This document shows positions 60,530-64,000 of a DNA stretch of 64,000 nt, piece after piece. The notes below the pieces were generated by a model that ran no database searches, was not told where the DNA came from, and saw nothing but the letters and a program-made list of their open reading frames with translations. The DNA comes from Malacoraja senta (Eukaryota): positions 1 through 64,000 of the forward strand of contig JAXLNO010000592.1 in NCBI GenBank assembly GCA_038087875.1, read 5' to 3'. Each line of letters opens with the position of its first letter. Within the stretch, counting starts at the first letter, position 1. The position numbers and the translations under genes were made by a program.

Positions 60530-61357
60530 TAAAGATGTTAAGGGAAAAAGAGTAGCAAAGTCAAATGTGGGTCCCTTGAAGGCAGACACGGGTGAAATTA
60601 TTATGGGCAACAAGGAAATGGCAGAAGAGTTGAATAGGTACTTCGGATCTGTCTTCACTAAGGAAGACACAAACAATCTCCCAGCTGTACTGGAGGACAG
60701 AGGATCTAAGGGGGTAGAGGAACTGAAAGAAATTTTCATTAGGCGAGAAATAGTATTGGGTAGGCTAATGGGACTGAAGGATGATAAATCCCCTGGACCT
60801 GATGGTCTGCATCCCAGGGTCCTCAGGGAGGTGGCTCTAGAAATAGTGGATGCATTGGTGATCATTTTCCAATGTTCAATAGATTCAGGATCAGTTCCTG
60901 TGGATTGGAGGATAGCTAATGTTATCCCACTTTTCAAGAAAGGAGCGAGAGAGAAAACAGGGAATTACAGACCAGTTAGCCTGACTTCGGTGGTGGGAAA
61001 GATGCTGGAGTCAATTATTAAAGAGGTAATAATGGGGCATTTGGATAGCAGTAAAAGGATTAGTCCGTCAACATGGATTTATGAAAGGGAAATCATGCTT
61101 GACTAATCTTCTGGAATTTTTTGAGGATGTGACAAGTAAAATGGATGAAGGGGTGCCAGTGGATGTAGTGTACCTGGACTTTCAGAAAGCATTTGATAAG
61201 GTCCCGCACGGGACACTGGTGACTAAAATTAGAGCTCATGGTATTGGGGGTAAGGTGTTGACATGGATAGAAAATTGGTTGGCAGACCGGAAGCAAAGAG
61301 TAGGAGTGAACGGGTCCTTTTCAGAATGGCAGTAAGTGGCGAGTGGAGTGCCGCAAG
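60530..61357 (+). mobile_element. CR1 RT N-terminal fragment
   Basis: SPGPDGLHPRVLRE, NYRPVSLTSVVGKMLE, frameshift near 61075, LDFQKAFDKVPH. Cut by the hAT end at 61358. Confidence 0.92.
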
Positions 61358-63196
61358 CAGTGGCGGACTGGGTCTAAAAATATTGGTTGCCAGGAGACAA
61401 AGGGGGCCCACCCACAACTACAATGCTATCATTTAATTTTCATAACGAATAAATAATATTTTCAAAAAATACATATGGAAAAAAGGGTACAATTTAAAAT
61501 TTTTGTGAAAAAAATGGTTCTTAGTAATTACAGTGTACATGTACTGTACATATTACTGGCAGTAGATACCGAATGTAAATACAGAATGTTATAATTTTTT
61601 TTTTTTTAAATTTTAAGTAATTGGTTGATATTTTAAAATAATTTACTGCACAATTTACACATTAACAGATAGTTGAAAAGCACAATAGAGCATTGCATGC
61701 AGTCCACTATATTAAGAGCAATCGTTTGTGTTCGCTAGATGATTGTGCGAATCTGCCAATAATTGCTTCTGCATCCAATTCATCTAACAATTCCTTTTCA
61801 ATGGTTAGCAACATGTATGATTCCAAATTCTCCTCAGACAGCGAATTTCTTAACCTTGTCTTTATGATCTTTAGCTTTGAAAATGTCCTCTCACATTGGA
61901 CTTGAGTAACTGATAGTGTGCAGATGACTTTATAAAGTTGATAAAGGTTATCATATGCCTTGTCATGAAGTCTGTTGGATGCCAGAATGTTTAGTACACT
62001 CGATGGGCAAGTGCTGCACATTTTACAATTGTTGCAACTGGAATCCATATTCTCACCATCATTAAGCAACTTTAATACATCAAAGTTTGAAGCAAAAGAA
62101 AACAATTCCAATATTACTTGATCTTTGCTGATTTGTGGAAACAGCTTAATAATACCTTCCAATGCTTCATCTTCAAGGCCCTTCTCTGCAATAGTTTTAA
62201 ACTTTGCTGGGTCCAAGCAGGACAAATCTTTATACAACTGTTTGTGTTGTACAAAGCGTGATTCTAGTGACTGGACAATGCGATCCATTATTGGGTTAAA
62301 CACATTTACTCAAAAATCAGCTAGAGAATCTGAGGAATTTCTTTTATCATCAATAAGCTCATCTGCCATTCTTTTCTTCTTCCTCTGCCTCTTAACTGGC
62401 AATGCTGTTTCCAACGCAATAATTTCCAATGTTTGATTTTCATCCATATTCATCTGTGAAATCCTGTCATTACATTTCTTTACAAATTCCAAAGCCTTGC
62501 TGTGAACGTTATTAAATGTTCTTGTCTGTTCCTTCAACTTTGTTGTAGCTGAATCTACCAAACTCCATGCAGTAAACATATCTAACCCACTTGTCTGTAG
62601 ATAACTTGATAACGGGGTTGTAGTTTCAAATATATACAAGTAAAGAAATGCTGTCAATATGGTTTCAAACTTTAGAAGACTTTGAAGTAAAACATTTGCT
62701 TCATGTTTTGTTTTTGCATCAAACTTTTCTGAATCTTGTATCATTGATAATCATGTCAATAGATTTACGAAAGTACTGGCAGCGGCATCATCAAAACTTC
62801 CAAATATAGTTGTTGCTGCATTGGATTTTCCTGACCATCTGGTCTCACCAATTAGCTTTAATCGTTTCATTTTTTTCTTATCCTAGATGTTTTCCAACAA
62901 CTTCTATCCATACAGCCATTCTCTTGTATGATGCTTTCACAAAAGTTGCTCTATTCTGGAGCAAATTGAAAAAAGAAACTGCAGGCTCACAACATTTGTT
63001 GTTTCAGTTATCACCAAATTCAAGACATGGGCATAGCACCATTTCACTTGCACTTTATGTGCAATGTGACGAATAAAACCGTATTGTATTGTATTGTATA
63101 TGAACATGTTGATCAGCCACATCAGCAATTTTACTTTGTAAACCATTATACTGGCCATAGTAGCTTGCAGCGCCATCTGTGCTATCAGATAAACAT
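61358..63196 (-). pseudogene. hAT (Tip100/ZMYM1-like) transposase pseudogene with one terminus
   Basis: Terminus cagtggcggactgg at 61358. DGAASYYGQYNGLQ..WCYAHVLNL, LLKFETILTAF, CTLSVTQVQCERTFSKLKIIKTRLRNSL. Multiple frameshifts. Confidence 0.85.
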
Positions 63197-64000
63197 TTTT
63201 TTTTTGTGATATAAATTTTTATTAGAAGCAAACATATTACAATGTAGAGTAACATATTATAATAGAAGAAAAAACTTTTCATATACATCAATCACTCATA
63301 TATTATTAAATTTGTCAATTGTCAGTTATTTCTGCTTCTAGTGTTTTTTTTTTATATAGATAGAAAAAGAAAAATAGAGAGAAAGAAGAAAGAAAAGAGA
63401 GAAAGAAGAATTACAATATCAAAAAAGAAAAAGAGGTGGAATGAATAACTTATAATACGTCATAGGAGATAAGTTCGTAGGTTATGAAATATAATTACAT
63501 CTAATCCTGAGTTCAAGCTTCAGTCGGGCTTTCGCGCTGGGCCACTCTATCCCTTCAAATAGGCAATGAATGGAGCCCATATTTTAACAAAAAGTTCTTG
63601 CTTGTCCATTAAGACAAGTCTAATTCTTTCTAGATGTAGGGTCTCCGACATTTCCACAATCCACATTTTAATTGTGGGGGTTGTAGGGCCTTTCCAGAAT
63701 TTTAATATTAATTTTTTCCCAGTTATTATACTGTAGTCAAGGAAGTTTCTTTGGCTTGTTGTGAGTGTTAAACTTTGTTCTGATATCCCAAGTATTATTA
63801 ATTTTGAGTCTGGAGCCAATTTGGTATTAACAACTTCAGAGATTATTTGAAAAATATCAGTCCAGTAATTTTTAATTTTTATACAATTTGCAAAGGTATG
63901 TGTTAAATTGGCCTCTAGATGCAGGCATTTATCACATATAGGAGAAATATGTGGGAAAATTCTATTTAGTTTTATTTTGGAATAATGTAATCTGTGTAAG
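63197..64000 (-). mobile_element. L1-clade LINE 3' end (ORF2 C-terminus, 3' UTR, poly-A), running off the window
   Basis: GKKLILKFWKGPTTPTIKMW..LHLE is similar to the ORF2 C-terminus at 8984-12775. Poly-T at 63197-63206. Confidence 0.88.

Overview
Repeat-saturated vertebrate genomic DNA, almost certainly a cartilaginous fish (skate/ray-like), judged from HE1-type V-SINEs, HER1/CR1 LINEs and Penelope-like repeats. The species cannot be fixed from sequence alone. The only host gene I can support is a 5-exon MHC class I-like gene on the minus strand (53385 to 39774): signal peptide, alpha1, alpha2, alpha3, TM/cytoplasmic. It looks nonclassical, with a strikingly hydrophobic predicted groove and extra cysteines. 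It keeps an X2-Y-CCAAT class I-type promoter but carries a 1-bp frameshift (alpha2) and a premature TAG (alpha3). The rest is nested mobile DNA: a BEL/Pao remnant, two hAT transposase pseudogenes, a non-autonomous hAT with a perfect 8-bp TSD, an intact L1 ORF2 inserted into a Penelope fragment, an internally deleted Gypsy element with near-identical LTRs and a 42-bp fold-back at the deletion junction, a non-autonomous Helitron, MITEs, and CR1/Rex1/RTE fragments. More than 15 Penelope pseudo-LTR repeats carry a minimal hammerhead-ribozyme core, and these also occur as inverted dimers and as 66-bp tandem arrays. There is a 151-N assembly gap at 17743-17893. Boundaries of degraded repeats are approximate and were read by eye.
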